A stretch of DNA of 64,000 nucleotides, from the NCBI GenBank assembly GCA_031553495.1, contig JAVBLN010000045.1:10174-74173 (forward strand), read 5' to 3'. How positions within the stretch are numbered: position 1 is the first letter of the stretch; every line of letters begins with the position of its first letter. Of the stretch, positions 15,658-25,405 are shown in pieces. Below the pieces are notes generated by a model. It saw only the letters and a program-made list of their open reading frames with translations, did no database searches and was not told the DNA's origin. Source of the stretch: Flavihumibacter sp. Its GTDB lineage: Bacteria; Bacteroidota; Bacteroidia; Chitinophagales; Chitinophagaceae. Made by a program: the position numbers and the translations under genes.

Positions 15658-17325
15658 ATGAGAAGTAATATCCAAATCTCAAGGGAAACATCCCTTCAAA
15701 ACATCTATGAAATAGCTGCAAACGCCGGCATTCACGAAGACAATGTTATTCCGTTTGGCAAACACAAAGCGAAAATTTCACTTACTGAAATTGATGAAAA
15801 AAAAGTAAAGAAAGCCAACCTGATATTGGTTACAGCTATTACGCCAAATAAAGCGGGGGTAGGCAAAACCGTAACATCCGTAGGCCTTTCGCTGGGATTA
15901 AACAAACTTGGCAAAAAAGCTATAGTAGCATTACGCGAACCATCACTCGGACCTTGCTTTGGTATGAAAGGCGGCGCAACGGGCGGCGGACTTTCACAGG
16001 TTTTACCAATGGAAGATATTAACCTGCATTTCACCGGTGATTTTCATGCGATCACTTCGGCAAATAATATGATTGCCGCTTTGCTGGATAATTATCAATA
16101 TCAAAACAGAAATAATGGACAAGCGCTGGCGCAAATAGTATGGCGCCGTGTGCTGGATGTTAACGATCGTTCTTTACGCAACATCGTTTCCGGCCTTGGT
16201 GGAAGCGCCAATGGTGTGCCGCAGGAAACAGGATTTGATATTACACCCGCTTCGGAAATTATGGCGCTGTTGTGCCTGGCCACAAGTTTTGAAGATCTTG
16301 AAAATCGTGTAAATAATGTTCTGCTGGGATACCGTGCAGATAAATCTCCTTTTTATGTAAAAGATCTTGGTATAGGCAGCGCAATTACAGTGCTGCTGAA
16401 AGACGCGCTGCTGCCCAATCTTGTGCAAACATCAGAAAATACGGCGGCATTTATACACGGCGGTCCGTTTGCCAATATAGCTCACGGCTGCAATTCCATA
16501 CTGGCCACAAAAATGGCAATGAGCCACGCGGATTATGTAGTGACGGAAGCTGGCTTCGGCGCCGACCTGGGTGCAGAAAAATTTATAGATATCAAATGTC
16601 GTGCTGCCGGCCTGCAGCCCAAAGTAATTGTAATCGCGCTTACAACGCTTTCGCTGAAACTGCATGGCGGCGTGCCTGAGAAGGATATAAAACTGCCTAA
16701 TATGCAGGCTTTAAAAGACGGCATGCCTAACCTTGTGCGGCATATTGAAAACCTGCAACAATTCGGACTGCCGATAATTGCGGCACTTAATCAGCACGCT
16801 ACTGATACTAATGAAGAAATTGCTTTCATCAAAGAATGGTGCGCAAAAAACAAAGTGCATTTTGCAACAAACAATTGCTTTGCATTTGGAGGAGATGGCG
16901 CATTGGAACTGGCCGCGGAAGTAGTAAAAGCTGCTGACAATGCTGATGCTGCAACCCTGCGTTATATGTATGAAATGGAAGATGACACACTGGTAAAAAT
17001 TGAAAAAATTGCAAAGCGCATATACAGAGCGGCCGATGTGAAATTAAGCAGCAAAGCCGAAAGCAAATTGCAAACCATTCGCAAAAACGGCTGGCACACG
17101 CTTCCGGTATGTATAGCTAAAACGCAATATTCATTTGCAGATGATCCGAAAATGGGCGCTGCTCCAAATGATTTCAGTATAACTATTCAAGACCTTGTAG
17201 TGAATACAGGTGCGGGATTCATAGTGGCCATTGCAGGCGACATAATGCGCATGCCCGGGCTTCCAAAAGAACCCGCAGCGCTTAAAATAAAAATGGAAAA
17301 CGGCCTGATTGAAGGTTTAAGTTAA
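15658..17325 (+). CDS. fhs: Formate--tetrahydrofolate ligase
   Basis: 555-aa ORF. ITPNKAGVGKTVTSVGL nucleotide-binding loop, EPSLGPCFGMKGGATGGG, and full-length collinearity with FTHFS. Confidence 0.95.
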   Translation: MRSNIQISRETSLQNIYEIAANAGIHEDNVIPFGKHKAKISLTEIDEKKVKKANLILVTAITPNKAGVGKTVTSVGLSLGLNKLGKKAIVALREPSLGPCFGMKGGATGGGLSQVLPMEDINLHFTGDFHAITSANNMIAALLDNYQYQNRNNGQALAQIVWRRVLDVNDRSLRNIVSGLGGSANGVPQETGFDITPASEIMALLCLATSFEDLENRVNNVLLGYRADKSPFYVKDLGIGSAITVLLKDALLPNLVQTSENTAAFIHGGPFANIAHGCNSILATKMAMSHADYVVTEAGFGADLGAEKFIDIKCRAAGLQPKVIVIALTTLSLKLHGGVPEKDIKLPNMQALKDGMPNLVRHIENLQQFGLPIIAALNQHATDTNEEIAFIKEWCAKNKVHFATNNCFAFGGDGALELAAEVVKAADNADAATLRYMYEMEDDTLVKIEKIAKRIYRAADVKLSSKAESKLQTIRKNGWHTLPVCIAKTQYSFADDPKMGAAPNDFSITIQDLVVNTGAGFIVAIAGDIMRMPGLPKEPAALKIKMENGLIEGLS

Positions 17326-17350
17326 AGCATATCGAATCTTTATAAATTGC

Positions 17351-17385
17351 CAAAGGCACGAGTTTCTTCGTGCCTTTGCTTTTTT
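17351..17385 (+). terminator. Rho-independent terminator of fhs
   Basis: CAAAGGCACGA-gtttct-TCGTGCCTTTG (11-bp perfect stem) followed by CTTTTTT, 26 nt after the fhs stop. Confidence 0.8.
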
Positions 17386-17418
17386 ATACAATGCAATGTT
17401 ATGATCTATGAAAAGAAT

Positions 17419-17760
17419 ATTTGTGGGCCGGGCGATAGAATAAGCATTAAGCTTTTCTTGCGTCGCACTCTTGTACGTTTGGTTCGCTATTCGGCGCTAA
17501 TATGCAAATTAATATTTTCATACAATGGAATTAATATATAGCCGCAATCAAAGGTATAAAACGAAATAAGAATACTTATTTACAGTGTTTATTCAGGGTC
17601 TGCAAGACAACTTATTATTCTTTAAAACAACCTCTAAAATGCGAATTTCCGCTGCTGTCATTAATAAAGAATACTGCCCCTAAATCGTTGAATAGAATTC
17701 CCTTTGCTGAAGTCACAGTAGTGCAAAAGCTTAATCAGGGCGCTACCCGCAATCGGGCCG
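17419..17760. repeat. Degenerate inverted doublet (F 17419-17496 subtype V3; R 17688-17760 strongly diverged)
   Basis: F unit: tttgtgggccgggcgatagaataagcattaagcttttcttGCGTCGCactcttgtacgtttggttcgctattcggc. R unit: ttgaatagaattccctttgctgaagtcacagtagtgcaaaagcttaatcagggcgctacccgc, where the core heptamer is lost. Confidence 0.55.
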
Positions 17761-17927
17761 TCATCGATCGCGGGTGGGCTTTTTTGTTACTTTTTTGCCC
17801 AAACAAAAAAGTAAGAATACTTCTTATGAATGAAATTTCGAAACAAATCGAACGATTATTCAGAATAATTTTCTATCAAAAGTTTTTTATTTTTGCTGGC
17901 TGTTATACATCAACTCATAACCTTACA

Positions 17928-18590
17928 TCAATATTTTCCTTCTAATTCGTCTTTTAATTTTTCAATGTAGATGCGCAAATAATCAGCATTTTTTTGAGCA
18001 AGCATTTTACCGGTTCGTGTGTTCATTAGTTCCGGCAGGCGCAGCAATTTCAATTCGAAATGATCAATAGCATACTTCGCATCATCCGGAGTGCGGGAAA
18101 CCGCAAACGGATCCTCAGCATGAAAAAGTGATGACCTGTTAAGACCCGCAGTATAAAAAACCCGCGCCAGGCCAATGGCCCCAAGCGCTTCCATGCGATC
18201 GGCATCCTGCAAAATCTTCGCCTCAATTGTTACAGGGGCCACTCCCGCAGAAAAACTATGTGCATGTATTGCATGCGCCACATTATCTCTTTTACTCTTC
18301 GGAAATTCGGGAAACTCGTTTACTAATATCTCCAAAGCCTTATCAGCGCTAAGCTCTGAAGCTTTTTTTCTATCGGGGTGATTTTTAGGAATGGTAATAA
18401 TATCATGAAAATAAGCAGCCGTCAAAAGCACCAGGTCATCTGCAATATTGCCTTCCGCGGCATTTATGTACCTGCAGGTTTTCCAAACCCTGCTGAAGTG
18501 TTTTATATCATGTGCCGCATCATCAGAAGTATGATATTGATACAGGTAATTTTTATAAGCGTTTTCCCAATCCGTTAAAGTTAATTCCAT
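17928..18590 (-). CDS. HD-domain phosphohydrolase
   Basis: The track start 18599 is a TTG; ATG is at 18590 (MELTLTDWENAY). HD motif AAYFHDI plus downstream HAHS and QDADRMEALGAIG. Confidence 0.7.
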   Translation of the reverse strand: MELTLTDWENAYKNYLYQYHTSDDAAHDIKHFSRVWKTCRYINAAEGNIADDLVLLTAAYFHDIITIPKNHPDRKKASELSADKALEILVNEFPEFPKSKRDNVAHAIHAHSFSAGVAPVTIEAKILQDADRMEALGAIGLARVFYTAGLNRSSLFHAEDPFAVSRTPDDAKYAIDHFELKLLRLPELMNTRTGKMLAQKNADYLRIYIEKLKDELEGKY

Positions 18591-18602
18591 GTTGTACAAA
18601 TA

Positions 18603-19793
18603 TTAAGCCGGCATTTCTGCGCAACAGCCCAGCCAGCTCATAAATCCTATTCCAATTTCTATAGCGCTTTCATCCACATTAAAAGTTGGTGTATGCACAC
18701 CGGAGATGATACCTTTTTCCATATTCATTACTCCCAACCTGTAAAAGCAACCGGGCACTAACTGTGAGTAATAACCGAAATCTTCCGCTCCCATTCTCAT
18801 TTCAGTTTCCTCTACTTTTTCTTTAGGCAAATATTCTTCGGCAAGTGTACGGGCAAGAGTGTTCAAAGCTTCGTTGTTAAATACATGTGGATAGCCCACA
18901 TCAATCAGCAACTCTAAAGAAGCCCCCATCGATTGCACAAGCTCTGTTGATATTTTGCGGATCAGCTCATGCGCTTCATAACGCCATTTTTCATCAACCG
19001 CCCTAAAAGTACCCATCAGCTTCACTTCGCTGGGAATTACATTTGTAGTATATCCACCCTGGAAAGATGTGATTGATAAAACCGAAGGATTAAGCGGATC
19101 TCTGTTTCTACTAATTATTTGCTGCAAAGCCGTTACAAGGTGAGAAGCCACCAAAATGGTATCGGTAGTTAAATGCGGCGCTGCGGCATGACCACCATTA
19201 CTTCTTATGGTCATATACAGCTCATCAGCGCTGGCCATTACTTTGCCACCACGAAAACTCACTTTTCCAACTTCAAGTCCGGGATGCACATGCAACCCAA
19301 ATATCGCCTGTGGCGTAGGGTTTTCCAGTACTCCATCCTTAATCATCAGGCTGGCGCCACCGGGATTTTTTTCTTCACCGGGCTGAAATATCAGCTTCAC
19401 TGTGCCTTCCCATTCATCTTTCAATTCACTCAATATTCTAGCCGCGCCAAGCAAAATGGCAGTGTGCACATCGTGACCACAAGCATGCATTACTCCCGGA
19501 ACCGTTGACTTGTAATCAACATTATTTTCTTCTTCAATTGGCAGCGCATCCATATCAGCACGCAACGCAATTATTCGCTTTGCGGGATTCTTCCCTTCAA
19601 TTATTCCCACCACACCCGTTTCCGCCATTACTGTATAAGGTATGCCATAAGAAATGAGTTTTTCCTGCACAAGGCGGCAGGTTTCAAATTCTTTGTAACT
19701 CAATTCGGGATGGGCATGCAAATGCCTGCGGATATGTATAAACTCTTCTGCGTAAGTAGCAGCAAGATTTTTTATTTTGTTTTTAAGTAACAT
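18603..19793 (-). CDS. M20-family amidohydrolase (N-acyl-L-amino-acid amidohydrolase-like)
   Basis: 396-aa ORF. HAHPELSYKE, ALRADMDALP, MHACGHDVH and FQPGEE metal-ligand motifs of the M20D peptidase family. Confidence 0.8.
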   Translation of the reverse strand: MLLKNKIKNLAATYAEEFIHIRRHLHAHPELSYKEFETCRLVQEKLISYGIPYTVMAETGVVGIIEGKNPAKRIIALRADMDALPIEEENNVDYKSTVPGVMHACGHDVHTAILLGAARILSELKDEWEGTVKLIFQPGEEKNPGGASLMIKDGVLENPTPQAIFGLHVHPGLEVGKVSFRGGKVMASADELYMTIRSNGGHAAAPHLTTDTILVASHLVTALQQIISRNRDPLNPSVLSITSFQGGYTTNVIPSEVKLMGTFRAVDEKWRYEAHELIRKISTELVQSMGASLELLIDVGYPHVFNNEALNTLARTLAEEYLPKEKVEETEMRMGAEDFGYYSQLVPGCFYRLGVMNMEKGIISGVHTPTFNVDESAIEIGIGFMSWLGCCAEMPA

Positions 19794-19814
19794 AAAATGT
19801 TTAAGCGAAAGAGG

Positions 19815-20237
19815 TTAGTCCAATGTGGGTAAAGTATCAGGTTTTATTTCAATAACATCTCTCACAATTAACAAACTTTCAAATTGATTTGCCATTTTTT
19901 TTTGATAAGCCGCCGCTTCTTCTCTTGTTTTAAAATTACCAACACGCAGTCTGAAATATGGCGCTTGATAAAGCAGGTAAGCTTTCAGCTCAGGGTACAC
20001 TTTATAAACCTTTGTTTTTGCATCCAGCGCCTTATTCCGGTCGTTAGTATTGGCCACTTGTATACGAAAACCCGGCCCCGAACTTCTGGCTGCACGAGTG
20101 GTTACTTCATTTATTTGCGCTTGCTTTCTTATAAGCAAATCAATTCGCGGATCTTTTTTTATAATTACGCTGGTGGTATTTTGTGCTTTTAAGCTAAAAA
20201 AGAACCCACAAAAAAACATCATAAAAACAATTCTCAT
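19815..20237 (-). CDS. SPOR-domain protein (secreted)
   Basis: The track start 20258 is a TTG; ATG at 20237 gives the signal peptide MRIVFMMFFCGFFFSLKAQ. The C-terminal SPOR-like fold reads FRIQVANTNDRNKALDAKTKVYKVYPELKAYLLYQAPYFRLRVGNFKTREEAAAYQKKM. Confidence 0.65.
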   Translation of the reverse strand: MRIVFMMFFCGFFFSLKAQNTTSVIIKKDPRIDLLIRKQAQINEVTTRAARSSGPGFRIQVANTNDRNKALDAKTKVYKVYPELKAYLLYQAPYFRLRVGNFKTREEAAAYQKKMANQFESLLIVRDVIEIKPDTLPTLD

Positions 20238-20261
20238 AGTACATTTTATAAGCTTCAAAAA

Positions 20262-20936
20262 TCAATAACCTTTAGAATTGGAAGTTGGTTCTCCGGTAAC
20301 TATGGCCACACCTGCACTACATCCCAATCTGTCTGCACCGGCATCCACAAGCTGTTTGGCAAACGCATAATCTCTTATTCCTCCCGATGCTTTAATTTTT
20401 ACCGAAGCCGGCAAATGCTTCCGCATCAATTGAACAGCTTCCACAGTAGCACCTTTCTCTGCATATCCGGTAGATGTTTTCATAAAATCGATACCCTCGC
20501 TTCCAAGATTTTTACAGCAATCAATTATCTCTGTATCAGAAAGAATGCCACTTTCCACAATCAGTTTAAAAATTTTGCTTTTGTTATGAATTATTTCTGC
20601 CAGTAACCTTACTTCCCTTTTTAAAAATTCCCAATCATTCATTCGCAAAGCCACCAGGTTGATCACCACATCAATTTCGTCGGCGCCATCTACTAATGCA
20701 AGCACCGTTTCCGCAATTTTTGATTCCGTACAAGAATATCCAAATGGAAAACCCACCACTGTGGCCACTTTCACATTTGTGGGCTCCAAAATAGCGACAG
20801 CCCTCTTTACAAAAGGCGGAGGCACGCATACCGCTGCAAATTCATATTTCACAGCTTCGCTACAAAGTTTTTCAATTTCTGCCAATGTTGTAGTTGGCTT
20901 TAACACAGTGTGATCTATATATCCTGCTATATTCAT
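20262..20936 (-). CDS. deoC: Deoxyribose-phosphate aldolase
   Basis: The track start 20942 is a TTG; ATG is at 20936 (MNIAGYIDHTVLKP). DeoC class I aldolase pattern with the Schiff-base Lys region (DFMKTSTGY, KASGGIR). Confidence 0.85.
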   Translation of the reverse strand: MNIAGYIDHTVLKPTTTLAEIEKLCSEAVKYEFAAVCVPPPFVKRAVAILEPTNVKVATVVGFPFGYSCTESKIAETVLALVDGADEIDVVINLVALRMNDWEFLKREVRLLAEIIHNKSKIFKLIVESGILSDTEIIDCCKNLGSEGIDFMKTSTGYAEKGATVEAVQLMRKHLPASVKIKASGGIRDYAFAKQLVDAGADRLGCSAGVAIVTGEPTSNSKGY

Positions 20937-21012
20937 GTACAATAAATTATCGCCGAAGTTAACTCATTTTGGCTAATCCCGGTTTAGAGATATGCTTTCC
21001 CAATTTTGAAAT

Positions 21013-21094
21013 TATTAATATGGAACCGGCAGTTGAGCCCTGATCTGGCTTCTGTTGTGTCACTCACTTGTACTGTTGTAATTCTATTGAGCGA
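21013..21094 (+). repeat. Repeat core unit, F orientation (V1 tail, V2-type hairpin apex)
   Basis: ttattaatatggaaccggcagttgagccctgatctggcttctgttgtgtcactcacttgtactgttgtaattctattgagcgag. Hairpin: CGGCAG-UU-GAGCC-CUGAUCU-GGCUU-CUGUUG. Confidence 0.9.
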
Positions 21095-21170
21095 GTGAGG
21101 AGTTGGCAGCGGAGAAGCTAACAAGTAACTAAAATAAAAATCGAAGCTATATAAGACTACTGTCACCGGT

Positions 21171-22307
21171 TTAAGGAATTACTTCAAACAACAAAAACTG
21201 AGTTTTTCTATCCGGCAAAAAATCATTGTCTGAAACAAAAATGATGCTCTCATGTCCATTTGGCAACCGGGGACCGTAAGTAGCTCCTTCAACATTGTCA
21301 ATATACCTGCTTACTTCGCTCATATCAAGTAATAACTTTTTTTCAACCAATTTTGCCGGCGGATTATTTATTAACGACGCAACACCATTTATATCAGTGT
21401 CGCTTTTAAAACTACATTTAAAAACCTTTATCACACAACCCACGCCACCATTGGAATACGAGCGTTCTGTAATTAAGAATTCATTATTACCGATGTCCAG
21501 AATATCAACAATTCCATTTACCATAAAGCTTCCTGCAGGTGCTGGTTCAAAAGCTACAGGTTCTAATTTATATGCATACTGAGCCAAAAGTCTCTTCTTC
21601 AAAAAATCATACTTCATAATGCGCACATAAGCCGTTGTATCACGCAAGCCCGCAGCAGGCCCATCTTCAAACAACGGAGATTCCATTGCTACATACATAA
21701 ACCTCTTACCTGCAAAACAGATTCCTTCAAAAACACCGTTATGCCTTGGACCTTTATCAGCAGTTTTCATGGTAAACAATTCGGGTAATGGAAAAGCACC
21801 AACAAACCGGCCATTCATATCAGCAATATTAATAGCAGGATTTTGCAAGACCAAATTCCCATTATTTTCAGCACGCTCGCCTTCGCTGGTCCACACAAGT
21901 TTTCCGGTTATAGCATTAAACCTTATAGCTTCCGGATCGGGCGCACGCGCCGGATCAATTTTAATTCCGGGATATACTTCTCCGTTAGGTTGAAGCAGTT
22001 CTGTTTTCCCGGTAAAATAAACCGTATCAAATTCCATACCTTTCAATGCAATCTTTGTGGTATAAAACCGAACAGGATTTATTGCTGATCTATCATCCGA
22101 AATTATATAATACTCATCCGCCTTGGGGTTGTAATCTATTCCTGACAAACCACCAACTGTTGTATTTTGATATTGATAATTATAAGGAACCACAAACTCG
22201 CTTAAAAATCTTAGCCGGCTTATTGCTCCCGTATTTTCTTTTCTGCTTTGAGAAAATGAAACGCCGGCCAATAAAACCAATACAAAAATGTGCAAACAAA
22301 CTCTCAT
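21171..22307 (-). CDS. Secreted phytase-like (esterase-like activity of phytase family) protein
   Basis: The track start 22322 is a TTG; ATG at 22307 gives the signal peptide MRVCLHIFVLVLLAGVSFSQ. GGLSGIDYNPKADEYYIISDDRS and later beta-propeller-like repeats resemble the Phytase-like family. This rests on recalled family features only. Confidence 0.55.
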   Translation of the reverse strand: MRVCLHIFVLVLLAGVSFSQSRKENTGAISRLRFLSEFVVPYNYQYQNTTVGGLSGIDYNPKADEYYIISDDRSAINPVRFYTTKIALKGMEFDTVYFTGKTELLQPNGEVYPGIKIDPARAPDPEAIRFNAITGKLVWTSEGERAENNGNLVLQNPAINIADMNGRFVGAFPLPELFTMKTADKGPRHNGVFEGICFAGKRFMYVAMESPLFEDGPAAGLRDTTAYVRIMKYDFLKKRLLAQYAYKLEPVAFEPAPAGSFMVNGIVDILDIGNNEFLITERSYSNGGVGCVIKVFKCSFKSDTDINGVASLINNPPAKLVEKKLLLDMSEVSRYIDNVEGATYGPRLPNGHESIIFVSDNDFLPDRKTQFLLFEVIP

Positions 22308-22383
22308 CAATTTTTTCTGCAAAATAATTTATTCTTTTGATAGTGGGCAGTTGGCATCAGAGAGATGTCAGAGAACAGTGTCT

Positions 22384-22466
22384 TGCCGAATAGAATTACT
22401 TCAGCACAAGAGTGCGACGCAACGGCCGTTCCATAGTAATTCAAATGTTGGGCTCATAATAAAAAC
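22384..22466 (-). repeat. Repeat core unit, R orientation, subtype V3
   Basis: gccgaatagaattacttcagcacaagagtGCGACGCaacggccgttccatagtaattcaaatgttgggctcataataaaaacc. Differs from 57958-58038 by 3 substitutions and 1 indel. Confidence 0.9.
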
Positions 22467-22659
22467 CTGATTAATTACAATTCCTATAAATAACTAATAG
22501 CTGCTATTGACTTTGCGCATAATACTCTCCGTTAGTTTCATTAACAGCCATTATTTGTTGCCGGTATACCTCAATATAGCGCTGCACTACGCACACAACA
22601 ATGGAATGCTCCATTCACATTTCTCTAATCAATAAACACTTTTAATTTTCAACACCCAA

Positions 22660-25320
22660 CTATTTAGCTTTCCCCTTCAACACAATAATCTGAAATTTTG
22701 TAAACAAATTTTGTATCTGCATTTCACTATTTGCCTTTATCATTTCATCAGTAAAAATATTCCTCCATTCATATGGAGCATCCTTTGGGAGATTTATTTT
22801 TATCGCATTCAAATCATTTTTCGAAACACCTCGCAAGCCTACCGGGGCCACTACAATTATCCAATTATGTTCTTTTCTTCTTGCATAAGCGATTACTTTG
22901 CATTTTTCGATAAAAGCCGTCAATGGTAAATACTCGCCTTCAATAAACAGGTTATTATTTTCCTTTCGTAAATGTGCCAACTTTCTTGTAACAAACATTT
23001 TTGCCGCCCCTTGCATGCGCTTTTCCATGGCCCATTTAAGAACCGTTTCAGCACCGTTGGTTTCCGCGATAAGCAATTCATTCAATAATTGTTTGCGAAT
23101 TTCATAATTCACCTTCCCACGGTTATCAGGATCAACATAGCTCAAATCCCACAATTCACAACCCTGGTAAAAATCAGGAATACCCGGAGCAGTGGATTTT
23201 ATCATTACCTGCAAAAGCGTATATGCATTAGTGTAAGGTATAATTGTTTTTACAAAATCAATCATCTTCTGTATAAAACTATGATTTGGATTAAAAAGAT
23301 GGTCTATAAATTCACTACATGCCTGCTCATATGCGGTATGCGGATTTGTATGCGTACTAATATATTTCGCTTCCCGCAAAGCTTTTGTATACAAGTCTTT
23401 AAGTCGGTTCCTGCATTCATCCGTTACACAAAAATCTTCCGCTAACCCACCAACAATACTTTGATAAAGAAAATACTCATCGTTCACAACCGGCGACAGC
23501 ACGCCATTTATCATTTTCTTAAATTGCCGGTTTTCATTCACAAATTGTTTCACCAATGTTATCCATTCATCAGCAAATTCACTCAAAACATTAATTCTAA
23601 TTCTCGCATCCTCACCTCTCTTAGTATCATGTGTGGAAGTATTATTCAGCGACAAAGGATTCAATAACTGCCGCTGTGTCATTTTTTTATGAAATTCATC
23701 TATGGAAATTCCTAATACACACGGCAGATCGCCAACTTCATTGTGTGAGATAAGTGGATTGTATTGATAAAAAGTAGTATCCTCAACTCCCTTTGCAGCA
23801 AGCGGTCCGGTAAACTGCATTAACCTTTGCAGGAATTGTAATCGTTCATCTGTCTTCTTTTCATTCGCACAAAAAAGATTTTCCAATATATCAAAAGCCT
23901 TTGCCAGATCATGCCTTCTCATCCTGGCCACATCAAACGCTTTTGCTATAATTTCATTGCCATATTCATCAATTGGAAATTCATTTATATAAATACGATA
24001 AACCGGAAATGCAGCCATTAATACGCCTAAAGCCTGTTTTAAATCCTCATGGCATATTTCTCTTTCATCAATTATATTCAATGAAAACAACAATCTCAAT
24101 AAGTTATTCCATTCTCCATGCATCGATTTATCCAGAAAAGAAAATTTATTCTTAAATACAGTATCATCATAATCTGCGAACTCAGGAACCAATTTTTTGT
24201 AAAATGAAAGCAGCTTCTCCGAACTATTCATTTTTGTAACTACCTGGTTGATGTATGAAAGAAATTCATAGCCGCTTGTACCCTGTATATCAAATGCCGC
24301 AGGAAGCTGTTCTTTAATCTCCAATATTTTCTCTGCTATTATATAACAATCATTTCCAAATAAATTTCGGAGGCTGTTGATGTATGCAACCGGATTTTTT
24401 AACCCATCTATATGATCAATGCGAAGTCCCTGAATTAAACCTTCATCATACAATTTCTTTATTAAGCTATGATAATCTTTAAACACCTTTTCGTCTTCCA
24501 TGCGAAGGCAAATCAAACTGTTTATTGTGAAAAATCTTCTGTAATTAATCAGTTTGTCAGACACTTCATACCATTCTAGTTTATAATGCTGCTCATTAAT
24601 AATGCCAGTTAAAAAACGTTTATCTGCATTGATTTTACTAAGTGCCGCTTGAATAGTAGAATCGTACTTCAGCAAATGCGTTACAAAAAACATTTTGCTT
24701 TTTCGCCAGGAGTTATAATCAAGTTCCTTCTGTGAAATTATTGTACATAAAGCATCTTCATACAAATGTCTTTCTACTCCACATTGCGCCAGAAGCAAAT
24801 CATAAAGTTCAATTTTTACCGGATAAAAATTTTCATAATAGCACAATCCAAATCCTTTGTTCGTAAAACCAATCTCTATTTTATCATTAGCAATACACCA
24901 ACTCAGTGTGGCTTCAAGAAATGGAAGCAAAATTTTATTCTTCAACTCCGGATGCTCCCAATCAATATCAAAGTAGTCCTGAAAAGGCGAAACCCGTCCA
25001 CGCTCTAATACATCCCACAAACGATAATTCGTATCAATTACAGCCATATGATTGGGAACAATATCCTGAATCCACGTCATTCCTCTTTCCTTCAATTTCT
25101 TCGATAAATGTCTAAACTCATCCAATGTTCCAATTTCATCATTTATCATATGCGGATCCACCACATCATAACCATGATCACTTCCTTTTATGGCTTTAAA
25201 AAACGGAGAAGCATAAATAGTGGATATTCCCAGGTCGTACAGGTAATCTGTTATTTGCTCAAGATGTCTGAAAGTAAAATCTTTATTCAACTGCACACGA
25301 TATGTGGATGATGGAACCAT
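22660..25320 (-). CDS. treY: Malto-oligosyltrehalose synthase (GH13)
   Basis: STYRVQLNKDFTFRHLEQITDYLYDLGISTIYASPFFKA at the N-terminus. GH13 regions QDIVPNHMA and GLRIDHIDGL. The track start 25404 adds 28 hydrophobic residues; ATG 25320 (MVPSSTYRVQL) fits TreY N-termini. Confidence 0.85.
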   Translation of the reverse strand: MVPSSTYRVQLNKDFTFRHLEQITDYLYDLGISTIYASPFFKAIKGSDHGYDVVDPHMINDEIGTLDEFRHLSKKLKERGMTWIQDIVPNHMAVIDTNYRLWDVLERGRVSPFQDYFDIDWEHPELKNKILLPFLEATLSWCIANDKIEIGFTNKGFGLCYYENFYPVKIELYDLLLAQCGVERHLYEDALCTIISQKELDYNSWRKSKMFFVTHLLKYDSTIQAALSKINADKRFLTGIINEQHYKLEWYEVSDKLINYRRFFTINSLICLRMEDEKVFKDYHSLIKKLYDEGLIQGLRIDHIDGLKNPVAYINSLRNLFGNDCYIIAEKILEIKEQLPAAFDIQGTSGYEFLSYINQVVTKMNSSEKLLSFYKKLVPEFADYDDTVFKNKFSFLDKSMHGEWNNLLRLLFSLNIIDEREICHEDLKQALGVLMAAFPVYRIYINEFPIDEYGNEIIAKAFDVARMRRHDLAKAFDILENLFCANEKKTDERLQFLQRLMQFTGPLAAKGVEDTTFYQYNPLISHNEVGDLPCVLGISIDEFHKKMTQRQLLNPLSLNNTSTHDTKRGEDARIRINVLSEFADEWITLVKQFVNENRQFKKMINGVLSPVVNDEYFLYQSIVGGLAEDFCVTDECRNRLKDLYTKALREAKYISTHTNPHTAYEQACSEFIDHLFNPNHSFIQKMIDFVKTIIPYTNAYTLLQVMIKSTAPGIPDFYQGCELWDLSYVDPDNRGKVNYEIRKQLLNELLIAETNGAETVLKWAMEKRMQGAAKMFVTRKLAHLRKENNNLFIEGEYLPLTAFIEKCKVIAYARRKEHNWIIVVAPVGLRGVSKNDLNAIKINLPKDAPYEWRNIFTDEMIKANSEMQIQNLFTKFQIIVLKGKAK

Positions 25321-25405
25321 ACCGGAATTTTGAATTATAAACTTTAATAAACAAAAACATAAAAGATTAAAGACACTTGTTAATAAAGCACTTTCAATTT
25401 TCAAC

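Noticed and set aside
25321-25404. Track-predicted N-terminal extensions: treY (28 aa), gatB (15 aa, 29469-29513), the GT4 gene (19 aa, 36549-36605), and TTG-initiated extensions at cysI, cysH, the HD gene, the SPOR gene, deoC, the phytase-like gene and the MFS gene.
   Set aside because: In each case the extension starts at a non-ATG codon or adds residues with no homology pattern. A nearby in-frame ATG gives the N-terminus typical of the family, or a proper signal peptide. Coordinates were trimmed accordingly, but the true starts remain unverified.
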